From Octopus vulgaris (Eukaryota): 64,000 bases of DNA. This document shows, one piece after another, positions 28,965 to 41,599 of this stretch (its first letter is position 1; every line of letters begins with the position of its first letter). The notes beneath the pieces are model-generated. The model was not told where the DNA came from, made no database searches, and worked only from the letters and a program-made list of their open reading frames with translations. A program made the position numbers and the translations under genes. The DNA is taken from positions 15,996,001 through 16,060,000 of the forward strand of contig OX597815.1 in the NCBI GenBank assembly GCA_951406725.2. The letters run 5' to 3'.

Positions 28965-29354
28965 GGCGCAGGAGTGGCTGTGTGGTAAGTAGCTTGCTAA
29001 CCAACCACATGGTTCCGGGTTCAGTCCCACTGCGTGGCATCTTGGGCAAGTGTCTTCTGCTATAGCCCCGGGCCGACCAATGCCTTGTGAGTGGATTTGG
29101 TAGACGGAAACTGAAAGAAGCCTGTCGTATATATATATATATATGTGTGTGTGTTTGTGTATGTCCCCCCAACATCGCTCGATAACCGATGCTGGTGTGT
29201 TTACGTCCCCGTCACTTAGCGGTTTGGCAAAAGAGACCGATAGAATAAGTACTGGGCTTACAAAGAATAAGTCCCAGGGTCGATTTGCTCGACTAAAGGC
29301 GGTACTCCAGCATGGCCGCAGTCAAATGGCTGAAACAAGTAAAAGAGTAAGAGT
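28965..29354 (+). mobile_element. tRNA-derived SINE family A (internal TA/TG microsatellite, aagagt tail)
   Basis: Head ggcgcaggagtggctgtgtggtaag...ccgggttcagtcccac (A/B boxes), then cttgggcaagtgtctt, internal (TA)n(TG)n and tail gaaacaagtaaaagagtaagag. Several copies in the window. Confidence 0.9.
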
Positions 29355-29524
29355 ATAGTCAGAGATTTGTTCATTAAGGGCTGATCTGAGGCAAAATAAC
29401 AACAAAGTTATATTCATTGAAAATAAAAATTGTTTTATTTCCTATGGTTTAAATGTAGTGCTATCTCCTGAAATGTTTCGTTTTTCTTCTAACCTAGAAC
29501 TAAATTAACTATCATACATCAAGT

Positions 29525-29687
29525 ACCCACTACACTCCCGGCGTGGTTGGCGTTAGGAAGGGCATCCAGCTGTAGAAACACTGCCAGATCAGACTGGAGC
29601 CTGGTGCAGCCTCCATGGCTTACCAGACCCCGGTCGAACCGTCCAACCCAAGCTAGCATGGAAAACGAACGTTAAACGATGATGATG
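29525..29687 (+). mobile_element. RTE 3'-end fragment
   Basis: acccactacactc...ggttggcgttaggaagggcatccagc...gcatggaaaacgaacgttaaacgatgatgatg. Confidence 0.85.
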
Positions 29688-30080
29688 TTGCAACATTCCC
29701 AGGAGATTCCATCATTAATGCATTATGGTTTGGGAAAACAAGCGTTTCCTTCAAATCCAATGACATTTTTCAGGCATTGGCACAATTCAAGAGATCTATG
29801 TCTCAGCTTTGCATTGTCCTTTCCCACCCTCCACAATATCAAACAGCACTACATTTAAACCATGGAATATAAACAATTTTTATCTTTAATGAATATAATC
29901 TTGCTGTTATTTAGCCTCAGATCAGGCCTGAATTCACAAATCTCTGTCTACAAGTATTCCAGTTGTGAACATTCTGTCCTTTATTCACACATAGTGCATC
30001 TAGGACTACATTATCTCAGTGTCTCAGCTTTTTTTTTTCTTTTTTGAAGATAGTAGGTGAAAATATAGTTTTATTTGGTA

Positions 30081-30478
30081 CTACCAGTATCGCCCGGTGT
30101 TGCTTGGGTTTGTTTCGACCCTTTAGAATTGGAATTTTTGAAAAGTAAAAATTTTGCATTATGTAGCTTGTTATTCTCTTTGGGTGAACATTTTTCTGGT
30201 TGAAATACACCAAGAAATGGTGACACAGCAGTAAAAAAAATCGTAAAAAATAGGGATTTTCATAGTAAAAAAAAAGCACGTTTTTGATGTAAATAATTTT
30301 TGGTTTTAACATGATCCGATTTAAATTTTTACTTCTACAGAATGAAGAGCAAGCCTTCTTCTATCATACTCTCAATTTTGGTCAACTTGCACCGTAGGGT
30401 CTCGGAGGAGATAGTGTTAGTTGAAGGCTACCAAACCTGCCACACACACAGACAACTTCAGCTTTATATATAGAGAGA
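30081..30478 (-). mobile_element. Non-autonomous Helitron
   Basis: On - it starts TCtctctatatataaag and ends cccaagcaacaccgggcgatactgGTAG|t (hairpin plus a CTAG variant). The 3' end is shared with the copy at 32030. Confidence 0.75.
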
Positions 30479-32029
30479 CTGATTCACATTGCATTGATAC
30501 TGCTGGATTGTTGTTTTAGAGCATCAGCATAGATGGGAAAGACTTAGTTATGTTGCTAGAACAGGTTCCAACAATGCATAATCTGCATACCTATGACACT
30601 CGGCAGTGTCATTTCAACTTTACTGTTTAGTAATGTGCAAGAATGGAACCACACAGTACACTGCCCTCAGGAGGAATTACAACCTGGTAGTCTCATCCTT
30701 CTCTCAGCTGATGCAGGTTCAGATATGGTCAAAGAGTTGGTGGTGTTTAAGGAACAGCAATTGTGTAAATAAATATATTTACAGGAGAAGGAGAGTTTGA
30801 GCCAAAATAACTGGACTTCACATATAATACAGAATAAAAAATATATGACTTCATGTAATACATATGTTTGTCTACATTAAAGTCATAATAATAACAACAA
30901 TAACAATGATTGTTTCTAATTTAGGTACAAGGCCAGCAGTTTTGAGAGGGGGGGTATTCAATACCACTGACCCCAGTACCAGACTGGTACTTTATTTTGT
31001 TGACCCCAGAGGGATGAAAGGTAAGTATGACTGTAGCATGATCATACAGCATTTGGTCAGATACTTCAATGATTTTACAAGCTCCTCATCTTAATAATGC
31101 CTTCTACTAAAGGCACAAGCCCTAAATTTTGGGAGGGGGGTGCTATTCAATTACATTGATCCCAGTACTCAACTTGTACTTATTTTAATGACCCTGAAAG
31201 GATAAAAAGCAAAGTCAGTCTCTGCCTGGCATACTCATGATTCTGCCAGCCTACCAGCTACTCATCATCTTAATAAAGATAATTATAATATATCATGTGC
31301 ATCCCTGTTTTTAGAATGGGTTTACTGTATCTCTAGAGGCAAAGCATCCAGACAAAATAAATTCTCATCCAACCTGTGCCAGCATGAAAAAACCCAACGA
31401 GATGGTGATGATGAAATCATTAGTAGTTAATGCTAAAAGCCCTTGCTCTAAAAGCCTTTACTATAAATAAGAAAGCAGAGCAAATAGTTCTGCCACATTC
31501 TCACCTCCCAGGGCAACATGATTAGGGACAAATTAATGCATGAGCCTCTTATGTAGCCATTCAACTTTCTAAAAATAACAACCAAATTTCCTTCAAACTA
31601 CACCTACTTCTTAAAAAGAGAGACACTAATGATTAGTATATACTATATCTGGGGCATAAAGATCAGATGGTCATATCTTTAATCACAAGTTTGCTTAACT
31701 AGAGTTGTCCTGGAACTAATAACAAAGTTACCTGCACAATTGGTGCTAACTAAATACTACAAAATTTAGTTGGTTCCAGTCCATTCTCAGTTTAACTGTT
31801 GATGTTAACTTTACTTTTTGTTTTTCTGGGATTGAGAAAATAAATACCTGTTATATACTGAGGAACAATGTAATGTGTTGGCTTAAACTGATCAGTAGCT
31901 GTGACAATAAAATTATACACAGCCAATTACAAAGACAATAGAATTCTTTATGCAATGGTCCTGTAATCAAGGAATAAGCACATACCAAAAGGAATGGAAA
32001 ATGTTTCCAGAACTCTTGGCATGCACATA

Positions 32030-32424
32030 TCTTTATATATAAAAGTGAGGTTGTGTGTCTGTCTCCTACGATTTAGATTCCTAACTACTCCCACATTTTG
32101 CGGCGCAGTTTAACCAAAACCGGGTATCTTATAGTCGTGATTCATATCGAGCCCTTCTGGATATTAGCGCGTGTCTACGATGAGTCTACGATTTAAAAAA
32201 AAATTTACCATCATCTTTTTCCATTTTATTGCATTTTTTCGCTATTATATAAGGGAAGTAACTCTCTAAAAATGTCTACTATGAGTCAATGATTTTTTAA
32301 AAAATTTACCATCATTTTTTTTCCATTTTTAATGCATTTTTTGCTATTTTTTGGCTATAACTCTAAAAATGCTTATATAGTTATTTCCCTTACAAGCCCG
32401 AGCAACGCCGGGCGATACTACTAG
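32030..32424 (+). mobile_element. Non-autonomous Helitron
   Basis: a|TCtttatatataaaag start, gcccgagcaacgccgggc hairpin, and CTAG|t end. Inserted between A and T with no TSD. Confidence 0.88.
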
Positions 32425-32961
32425 TTACATGTAAAACTCAGCATTTTATCAAGTAACATCTGTGCCACATGATAGAAATAATTGTCTTTAATATTTGAAA
32501 GAGATTTCACGATGTTCCAATACAGAGGTGATCGAAGGATTCTAGTCGCTTAAGATCCTTCAAATATTCCTCATGTATAGCTGGTTTACCTTTTTTCAGT
32601 CAAACCGTCCAACCCATGCCAGCATTGGAAAAAGGATGTTAAGTGATCATGATGATGATATTGTTGTTGTTATTTTTGTAGGGAGTAAGTATCTATCCAA
32701 GTTCTTAAAAAGAATTCCTGTGTTAAAGTGGCAGTAAATGCAAAACTACTATCCAAAGTGAATTCATTCAAGAATGCCACAAACTACTGAAAACTTTCTC
32801 AACAATAGGCCAGTTTGAATAACAATCTATGTTTTGAGACACTTCATTGAACAACAGTAAGATTACCAGAAAATTCTGGTCATGAGAAAAGCATCAATGT
32901 CACTGCAATATTTTCCTTAGCCCCATTTACCATAACCCTTGACAGAAAAGGAGATATACCT

Positions 32962-33190
32962 TTAACCCTTTAGCATTTAAACTGGCCATATCCGGCCAGA
33001 AGTATTCTGCCTGTTTTATGTTCAAACTGACCAGATCTGGTCTCTCACACCAACCCTACAATATCGTTTTAAAAATTAACAGCTACCTCATCAAAATCTC
33101 ATAGCTACAAGATAATGCATGATTAGTTCAAAACAATGTGGATGAATAAGCATTAATTTTGGTGGAATAATGCAAACACTAAAGGGTTAA
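32962..33190. mobile_element. TTAA-flanked MITE, second family
   Basis: Ends TTAA-ccctttagcattt and aaacactaaaggg-TTAA. Confidence 0.8.
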
Positions 33191-33289
33191 AGTGACAATA
33201 TGAACCCTGCTGCAAGCTTCAGTGAAACTAGTATTCCAATATTTCAACATAATATAGTTCCAGAACATTTGCAAGACTATCACCAATTT

Positions 33290-33855
33290 TGATGTCTACA
33301 GATTTTGATGGTGTTATACTCTTCAATAAAGATCATTCCATGACTTCATCTTCTAGACAAGCAGTTCTTAACACTTTACATGATGCTCATCAACGTGCTA
33401 CATCAATAATGCCAAGCAGATATATCTGTATTTTGATCAGAAATAACTGCTATAAACACTAGTCTCAGTGAATGCAACCATTGTAATCACAAGGCACACT
33501 CAACTACTGTAATCACTAGACATCACTGCAACTATTATAACCATATGACACATTCTCAACCATTGTAATTACATGCAGCTGTTGGGGACCAAATGCAACA
33601 TCATTAATTTCAGCTGCTTTCCTACTTCAATGCATCCACGCTGACTATTTCCACTATAAAGGTGTTGATTACCTAGTTATCATAGATCATTATTCAATCT
33701 GGTTTATTGTTGAGGGAGCTTTCAATAGTAAAAATGAACCAATCAGTGGCAGATATTTGTCACTTCTTGCATTCCTGATGAATGAATTGAATTAGTTTTA
33801 GGTGGAGGTTCTAAATTTATGGCCATTCTAACACAAGAATTTTTGAAGAACTCTC
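33290..33855 (+). mobile_element. Gypsy integrase relic
   Basis: Frameshifted fragments LNTLHDAHQ, CNHCN, QCIHADYFHYKGVDYLVIIDHYS, IPDE and TQEFLK correspond to the HHCC zinc finger and the DDE core. Confidence 0.7.
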
Positions 33856-34334
33856 TCCAAATGATAATTGATGAAAAAGGGCATATAAAGGGAAACATTC
33901 AAGAATTATAGTAGTAAAATAATTGAATTAATAAAACTAATGTTTACCTGTTGGAATCTAATATTATCTCTCATATAGTCCAAGACCTGAATATATATTT
34001 CAATACAAGACAATTGCAGACAGGACATTAAAATATTATTGTATCAAAATACTATAATAGGACAATTTCAGACAGGACCTCAAAATATTGATACAAATAT
34101 TTAGAAAACTGTGGAGATAAAACATGAAATAGAGCTTCCAGTGGTGTTCAGAAGCAGTCTATTGTCAATTATTACATAAGGGAAGGGAATAAGTGCACTG
34201 GAGCTTGCACTACCCACTCTCATCCAGTACTCTTTCTCCATAATAACTGTTTAGCTGAGTCAATATCAAAATAAATGCTTGATCATCAAAAATACAACAC
34301 AAAATGGAGACATAACACTGATTTATATCAAGAT

Positions 34335-34721
34335 CGTGGAGGCGCAATGGCCCAGTGGTTAGGGCAGCGGACTCGTGGTCATAGGATCGCGGTTTCGATT
34401 CCCAGACCGGGCGTTGTGAGTGTTTATTGAGCGAAAACACCTAAAGCTCCACGAGGCTCCGGCAGGGGATGGTGGTGATCCCTGCTGTACTCTTTCACCA
34501 CAACTTTCTCTCACTCTTACTTCCTGTTTCTGTTGTACCTGTATTTCAAAGGGCCAGGCCTTGTCACTCTCTGTGTCACGCTGAATATCCCCGAGAACTA
34601 CGTTAAGGGTACATGTGTCTGTGGAGTGCTCAGCCACTTACACGTTAATTTCACGAGCAGGCTGTTCCGTTGATTCGGATCAACCGGAACCCTCGTCGTC
34701 GTAACCGACAGAGTGCTTCCA
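34335..34721 (+). mobile_element. Full-length tRNA(Arg)-like SINE family B, tail type 1, with 12-bp TSD
   Basis: Head ggaggcgcaatggcccagtggttagggcagcggactcg...ggtttcgattccc. TSD ttatatcaagat at 34323-34334 and 34722-34733. Resembles the octopus OR-type SINEs (from memory, not searched). Confidence 0.9.
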
Positions 34722-35074
34722 TTATATCAAGATAGGACAAAACTAGTAAAGTAACAAAAACACAACAATAACATCAAACACGTAATTAAAACAGATGCTT
34801 CAAATAGTTGCCATACTAATAGGACATTTCTAAGGAAATACTTGACTCTACACATGACCTTCATAGCTCTCAACAATTGATTATGACTAGCTTTAAAACT
34901 CAGATCATCATCTGTTCTAACACACATACACACAATTCTATAAAAACCAAGTGATTTTGAGTCATGGCAAAAAGCCAAACTAACACCAATACAACCATAT
35001 ACATCAACTCACTACAACCAGCCAACAGATTCTGATTTATGAATCTTACAAAACAATCTCAACTAATGGAATGT

Positions 35075-35270
35075 CATCATCATCATTTAACGTCCGTTTT
35101 CCACGCTAGCATGGGTTGGACGGTTCGACCGGGGTCTGGTAAGCCGTGGAGGCTGCACCAGGCTCTAGTATGATTTGGCAGTGTTTCTACAGCTGGATGC
35201 CCTTCCTAACACCAACCACTCCATGAGTGTAGTGGGTGTTTTTTACATGCCACCGGCACAGGGGCCAGAG
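35075..35270 (-). mobile_element. RTE 3'-end fragment
   Basis: (cat)n-ttaacgtccgttttccacgctagcatgggttggacgg... plus one minisatellite unit. Confidence 0.85.
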
Positions 35271-35341
35271 CAGATGTGATATTGAAAAATTTTTTAAACC
35301 AGATTAAGTGCAAACTGGAAAAGCTAAACTGTGAAAATAAA

Positions 35342-35539
35342 TTAACCCTTTTCATACCATTCTGCCTGAGACTGCATTTGTTCTATAGTGATGTAAATTA
35401 AAAGCTTCCATCAAAATGTTATGTTCCAAACACTAACTTAAAAAAGACAAGCTTGTTTTGCAAAATACTTCATTATTTTCAAAAGTAATTGAACCAGAAG
35501 CAGACTATTTCAATAGAAATCTACTAACAGAAATGTTAA
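35342..35539. mobile_element. Diverged TTAA MITE
   Basis: Ends TTAA-cccttttcatacc and aacagaaatg-TTAA; the interior resembles the 28064 family. Confidence 0.6.
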
Positions 35540-36264
35540 AACAAACTATGTTTGGCACACCTCCAAAATAATCGGATCACACATATTACTCTGGATGGCA
35601 CTTTGACCATACCAAGAAATAACTGTAATGCTGGCAGGATTGTTACCACGCTGGACAAAATGCTTAGCAACATTAGTCTGTCTTTACATTCTGTGTTCAA
35701 ATTCCGCTGAGGTCACCTTTGTCTTTCACCCTTTCAGGGTCAATGAAACAACTACCAGTTAAGCACTGAGGTTGATGCAATTAACTAGCTCCCTCCCACA
35801 AAATTCCAAGCCTGCTGCCAATGGTAAAAAGAATTTTAGCAGACATTGTCTGCAAGAATCTCAAAAACAGCAGGCAGATAGAGAATATCATAATTACATA
35901 CTATATACTATTATTTCATCGTATCCCAAGTGGTTTCAAATTACTCTCTCAAAATATTTTTTTATTGTATTTTATCCCTGTCACTGCAGCAGTAGCAGCA
36001 GCAGGTATAAAATACATTAAAAACATATTTTAAAAGCAGCAGCAACAGTGAGAAAGCTCTATCCCATTCCCAGCTGCTTTATACAATGACAACCAGTAAC
36101 ACAAAAAGGCACAAATATATTAACACGTGGCAATAATTAAAAGGTCAATTTGAAATGTTTAGTTTGCAAAACATGTGGACCACCCTCTCCCTAATACACA
36201 CTTTTCTATACATACATATCTATGCATGAATATATGAAGATACATAGAACAGTGTGTGTATATA

Positions 36265-36670
36265 TCTTTTACTCTTTTACTTGTTTCAGTCATTTGACTG
36301 CGGCCATGCTGGAGCACCACCTTTGGTCGAGCACATCAACCCCAGAACTTATTCTTTGTAAGCCCAGTACTTATTCTATCGGTCTCTTTTGCTGAACCAC
36401 TAAGCTACAGGGATGTAAACACACCAGCATCGGTTATCAAGCGATGTTGGGGGAACATACACAAACACAAACACACACACATATATATATATATATATAC
36501 ATATATACGACAGGCTTCTTTCAGTTTCCGTCTACCAAATCCACTCACAAGGCATTGGTCGGCCCGAGGCTATAGTAGAAGACACTCGCTCAAGGTGCCA
36601 CGCAGTGGGACTGAACCCGGAACCATGTGGTTGGTTAGCAAGCTACTTACCACACAACCACTCCTGCGCC
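36265..36670 (-). mobile_element. SINE family A, full length
   Basis: Reverse-complement match to 28965-29354. Confidence 0.9.
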
Positions 36671-36894
36671 TATATGCATACATGAGTATGTGCATGGGTA
36701 AATAAACACACACACAAATACATACACACACACATATGTACATACAAACATACACACATACATACATATATCATCATCATCATCATCATCATCATTTAAC
36801 ATGTTTCCCATGCTAGCAGAGGCTGCACAATTTGACAGGAGCTGACCAGGTTCCAAATGTCTGTTTTGATATGCTTTCTATGGCTGGACAGATT

Positions 36895-38115
36895 TCCTCA
36901 CAAGAATTAAAGAACTCCTCATGAAACCGGAAGACCACGTGAGCATATTTCTTATGGGTGATTTCAACTTCCTCAACGTCAAATGGCCCGAAGATCTTAC
37001 GCTCTCTGGAATGACTCATTGCATGCAAGTACAAAGAAGCCTGGGTTATAAAAAACATTAAGTCAAACCCAAAAGCCTTCTTTCATTACGCAAAAGAAAC
37101 AGCCTCAGTACACTACAAGATAGGACCCCTCCTCCAAAAGGATGGCTCCCTCACAGACAGTCCAACCAGGATGAGTGAGGTACTGAATGACCAGTTCAAA
37201 AGTGTTTTTACCACTCTGTTGGAACACAGACAAGTGAACGAACCAGTGGATTTCTCTGCCACCTCACCTATAACCAGCGAGGCAGTTACAATGGAATACA
37301 TTGACATTAGCGAAGATATACTACTAGCCATAGATGAAGTGGACACAAACTCAACTGCTGGTCCTGATGGTTTCCTAGCAATCCTCCTCAAATCGTGTAA
37401 GCATGCCCTGGCAAAACCCTCTAGATTCTCTTCCAGAGCTTTCTTGCAAATGGCAAACTGCCAAGCAAGCTGAAGGAAGGAATAATATGCCCAATCCATA
37501 AAGGGGAAAGCAGAGCAGATGCCAAAAACTATAAGCCTATCTCTCTGACTTCACACATCAGCAAAGTCATGGAACGGATAGTCAGAGGGAAACTAATCAC
37601 GTTCCTTGAGGAAAATAACTTACTGGGTGATACCCAGCATAGCTTTCAACCAGGTAGGAGCTGTCTGACTCAGCTCTTACAACACTATGACTAAGTGTTG
37701 AAGCAATTACTCAACAACTCGAATGTGGACGTAATATACCTTGATTTTGCAAAAGCTTTTGACAAGGTGGATCATGGTATGAATTGCCACAAACTGCGTG
37801 ACCTCGGCATAGCTAGAAAACTTAGAGTGTGGTTACATGACTTCCTGAAAGATAGGAGTCAGGCAGTAGTGGCCAATGGAGCCACCTCAATGAAAATACA
37901 AATAGTGAGTGGTGTTCCACGAAGCATAGTTTTGGGGCCACTGCTTTTCCTAGTGGCCCTCTCAGATATGCCCTCAACTGCCCAGATAGCCAACCTTGCT
38001 AGCTGCACAGAGAATACAAAAGTCTCGCAGAAAATACAGAACCCCAGCGATGTTGCACGTCTGCAGCAGGAGTTGGACTCAATTTACAGATGGGCTGAGG
38101 ATAATAATATGAAAC
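36895..38115 (+). mobile_element. CR1/L2-type LINE ORF2 fragment (RT)
   Basis: Contains AGPDGF, KNYKPISLTSHISKVMERI, VDVIYLDFAKAFDKVDHG, SGVP..LGPLLFL and WAEDNNM. Stops and frameshifts are present and the YADD motif is decayed. Confidence 0.9.
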
Positions 38116-38142
38116 TTATACATATTTATTTATATATATATA

Positions 38143-38645
38143 TATTTGATTTGATCTAGTTTCAGCTCATGAACTGTATCCATGCTGGGGCTCTGCCATT
38201 TGGTGTTGCTACATAATTTTACTTCATGAATGCTTTTTAGGAATTGACATTTGATGCATGAAGGAGTTTGATGTAGCTACCCTCATCTCTGCACCTCCTG
38301 CTGTGAAGTTGGCTAATCTGGGACACTTGACAGTAAGAGGTCCAGTTTTATTTTGAAGACACCTACATCCACCCCATGCAGGTCTCTCAGGTCCTTCGGG
38401 AAGATATCAAAGAGCTGTAGTCCTCTGAAGCCCAGGCTCTTGCAGTATCTTGTCCCATATCTTGATGGCAAATTTGGAGTCCTTGGCACTATGCAGTGGC
38501 GCCCAGTTGTAGTATTTGTGTAACTCTTGAAGCCAAAGTTTACAAAATTCCCAGATGTTTATTATTGCATATCTTTCTCACCTATGCTCTAATGAATAGA
38601 GTCTTAATCCTCAAGTCTTTCCAAGTAGTTTATATGCTGCATTTC
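38143..38645 (-). mobile_element. 3' end of a CR1/L2-type LINE, opposite orientation to the RT piece
   Basis: On - it reads YSLE...ERYAII, TGRHCIVPR and SLGFRGLQLFDIFPKDLRDLHGVDVGVFKIKLDLLL, ending in an (atcaa)n-like tail. Confidence 0.75.
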
Positions 38646-38713
38646 CCCTCATCTACCTCACCAAAGCCTTGTCAATGGATTTCATACATGGAAACTGAAA
38701 GAAAACTGTTGTG

Positions 38714-38744
<31 letters not shown>

Positions 38745-39134
38745 TTGTATCCCCACCATTGCTTGACAACCAATGTTGCTGTGTTTACGTTCCCATAACC
38801 TAGCGGTTCATCAAAAGACACTGATAGAACCAGTGCTAGGCTTACAAAGAATAAATCCTGTGGTTGGTTTTTTCGACCAAAGGCAGTGCTCTAGAATGGC
38901 CATAGTCACATGACTGAAACAAGTAAAGCAATAATAAAACTATGCCATTTTAATCCCAAGCAAGGTCGGGTATCTCTGTTAGTACATATCTATTGGGTAG
39001 GAAGCTTGCTTCCAATCACATAATTCAGGGTCAATCAGACTGCATGGCACCTTCCGGAAGTGTCTTCCACAATAGCCTTGGGCACACCAAATCTTTGTGT
39101 GTAGACTTGGTAGATGAAAATTGGAAAAGGCTTA

Positions 39135-39167
39135 TATATATACATACATACATATATATATATATAC

Positions 39168-39224
<57 letters not shown>

Positions 39225-39308
39225 TTTATATACATATATTATATATATATACACATTTATACATACATATACCTATATATGCATATACATACATATACAT
39301 ATATATAT

Positions 39309-39353
<45 letters not shown>

Positions 39354-39384
39354 CACACACACACACATATATATACATATATAT
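39135..39384. repeat. Compound (TA)n/(TACA)n/(CA)n microsatellite
   Basis: Directly visible. It follows a SINE A head (about 38997-39135) and abuts an RTE tail. Confidence 0.95.
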
Positions 39385-40740
39385 CATCATCATCATGGTT
39401 GTCATTTAACGTCCACTTTCCATGCTGGCATGGGTTGGACAGTTTGACTGAGAACTAGCAAGCCGGGTGGCTGCACCAGGCTCCAATCTGATTTGGCAAC
39501 GTTTTTACAACTGGAAGCCCTTCCTGATGCCAACCATTCCACGAGTGTAGTGGGTGCTTTTATGTGCCACCGGCATAGGTGCTAGTTAGGTGGCACTGAC
39601 ATCAGTGCTTTTACATGCCACCTCTGCTGTTAGCAAAGAATTCAGGGTACAAGTAGGGGTTCACCAAGGATCAATCCTCAGCCCCCTCTTGTTCATCATA
39701 GCCCTCCAGGCAATAACAGAGGAATTCAAGATAGGCTGCCCCTGAGAGCTCCTCTATGCTGATGACCTTGCTCTTATAGCTGAATTATACAAGAACTAGA
39801 GAAGAAGCTTCAGGTGTGGAAACAAGGTCTAGAATCAAAGGGCCTTTGAGTTAACCTAGCAAAAACCTAAGTCTTAGTAAGTAGGAAGGTGGACAAATCA
39901 CATATCTTTTCAGGTAGATGACTCTGCTCGATCTGTAGAAAAGGCATAGGTAGGTGTAAGCAATGGACACATAAGAGGTACAGCAATATCAGAGGAAGGT
40001 AAATAGGGAAGATATATTTTGTGTGTGAAGGGTGCACAGGTACAATACACTCCAAAAATGTACAGAAAATAGATTTCATCACATGCCAGAAGGGAAAACT
40101 AGAAGTAGTTGATAGCTTCCGTTACCTAGGTGACCAAGTCAGTAGCAGGGGTGGATGCTCTGAAAGCATAGCTGCTAGAATAAGAATAGGCTGGGCAAAG
40201 TTCAGAGAGCTCCTACTTCTGCTGGTAACAAAGGGCCTCTTGCTCAGAGTGAAAGGCAGACTGTAAGATGCCTGTGAGCAAATAGCCATGCTACATGCAG
40301 TGAAACATGGGCTGTGACTGCCGAGGATATGTATAGGCTTGCAAGAAATGAAGCTAGTATGCTCCACTGGATGTGTAATGTCAGTGTGCATATACAACAG
40401 AGTGTAAACACTCTGAGAGAAAAGTTGGACATAAGAAGCATCAGAAGTGGTGTGCAAGAGACTGTGCTTGTATGGTCATGTGATGCATATGGATGAGGAC
40501 AGCTGTGTGAAGAAGTGTTGCACTCTAACAGTGGAGGGAACCTGTAAAAATGGTAGACCCAGGAAGACATGTTGAGCCTCACAGAAGCAATGATAAGCAA
40601 CCGAGACCTTTGGAAATATGTCATTCTTGAGAAGACCCATCAAGCAAAGTGAGATCATAGGCATGGCCGATGCCAGTGCTGTCTGACTGGCACCTGTACT
40701 GTGGCATGTAAAAAGCACTGTTCAAGCATTGGGCCTCAAA
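39384..40740. mobile_element. RTE LINE with internal inversion (3' tail on -, ORF2 piece on +)
   Basis: 39384-39622 is an RTE 3' end on -. About 39625-40740 is a decayed copy, on +, of the 48796 ORF (GVHQGS, LLYADD, KLEVVDSFRYLGD) running into the 3' UTR. Confidence 0.85.
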
Positions 40741-41356
40741 GAAGTAGTAAATGTATTACGAAGGGAAGGTAGTGAAAGCTTTTATGACAGTGGATATGAA
40801 ATAGAGGTAGAGGGGAAAATGTGAGGTTAAAAATAAAATAAAATAGTTATTTTAAAAACCAAATAAAATTGAAGGTGAAATATAATTTTAAATTAAATTA
40901 AAAGAATTTTTTTAAATTAAACATTAAAAAATTTAAGGATTAAAAATAAAAATTAAAGAATTAAAAATTATAAAATTTTAAAAATTAAAAAATAAAATAA
41001 AACTTTTAAAAATTAGAAAATTTTTTTAAAATTGAAATACACACATCACACAAGTATTTGGAGGACTTTAGACAGAGTTCACATCTCCATGCTATTTCAT
41101 ATGACTTAGGATCAACCATTTTACTTCATATTTTTTTCTATTTTTGCATTTGAATGATGAGATTTGGTTACAGATATACATAATATATGTTTATATATCT
41201 ACACAATATACATGATATATATATATGAGAGAGGGAGAGGGAGAGAGAGATTCCAGGGAGTGACAAGTTAAAAGAAACTAAGTCTGACTACTTAGAATTA
41301 AGAACTCTGAGAGTGAAAACAAAATAATATATATAACACATGATGCAGCACAAAGT

Positions 41357-41407
41357 TTTGTCAGTGAACAGGTCGCGGTCTCAAAGCGAAGAAAATATTT
41401 TGACAAA
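41357..41407 (+). ncRNA. Minimal type-I hammerhead ribozyme motif (Penelope-type), G3-C8 core variant; this copy probably impaired
   Basis: TTTGTCA GTGAACA G GTCGC ggtctcaaa GCGAa GAAA ATAT TT TGACAAA. Helix I is 7 bp, helix II is 4 bp plus a G.A mismatch, and helix III is palindromic. Confidence 0.6.
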
Positions 41408-41549
41408 TTAAATTTAAATGTTGAAGTGAATCTAACGGTTTTTGTGTGTTTCTTAAATGGCTTATAAACACCTTCCACGCTGCAATTGTTTTCGTTCCAG
41501 CACACGATCTCAGATCAAGTCACTTGCAATGCAAGGACATCTCCGTAAC

Positions 41550-41596
<47 letters not shown>

Positions 41597-41599
<3 letters not shown>

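Noticed and set aside
34338-34412. tRNA-Arg gene (also the head near 62970-63045 and the SINE A heads)
   Set aside because: The acceptor stem is not intact, and the sequence continues into a SINE body bounded by TSDs.
38993-39458. Long YI/HT-rich ORFs, and the RE-rich ORFs at 44660-44993
   Set aside because: They are translations of microsatellites.
40830-41035. Almost pure A/T stretch
   Set aside because: Low-complexity sequence with no consistent unit or structure that I could support.
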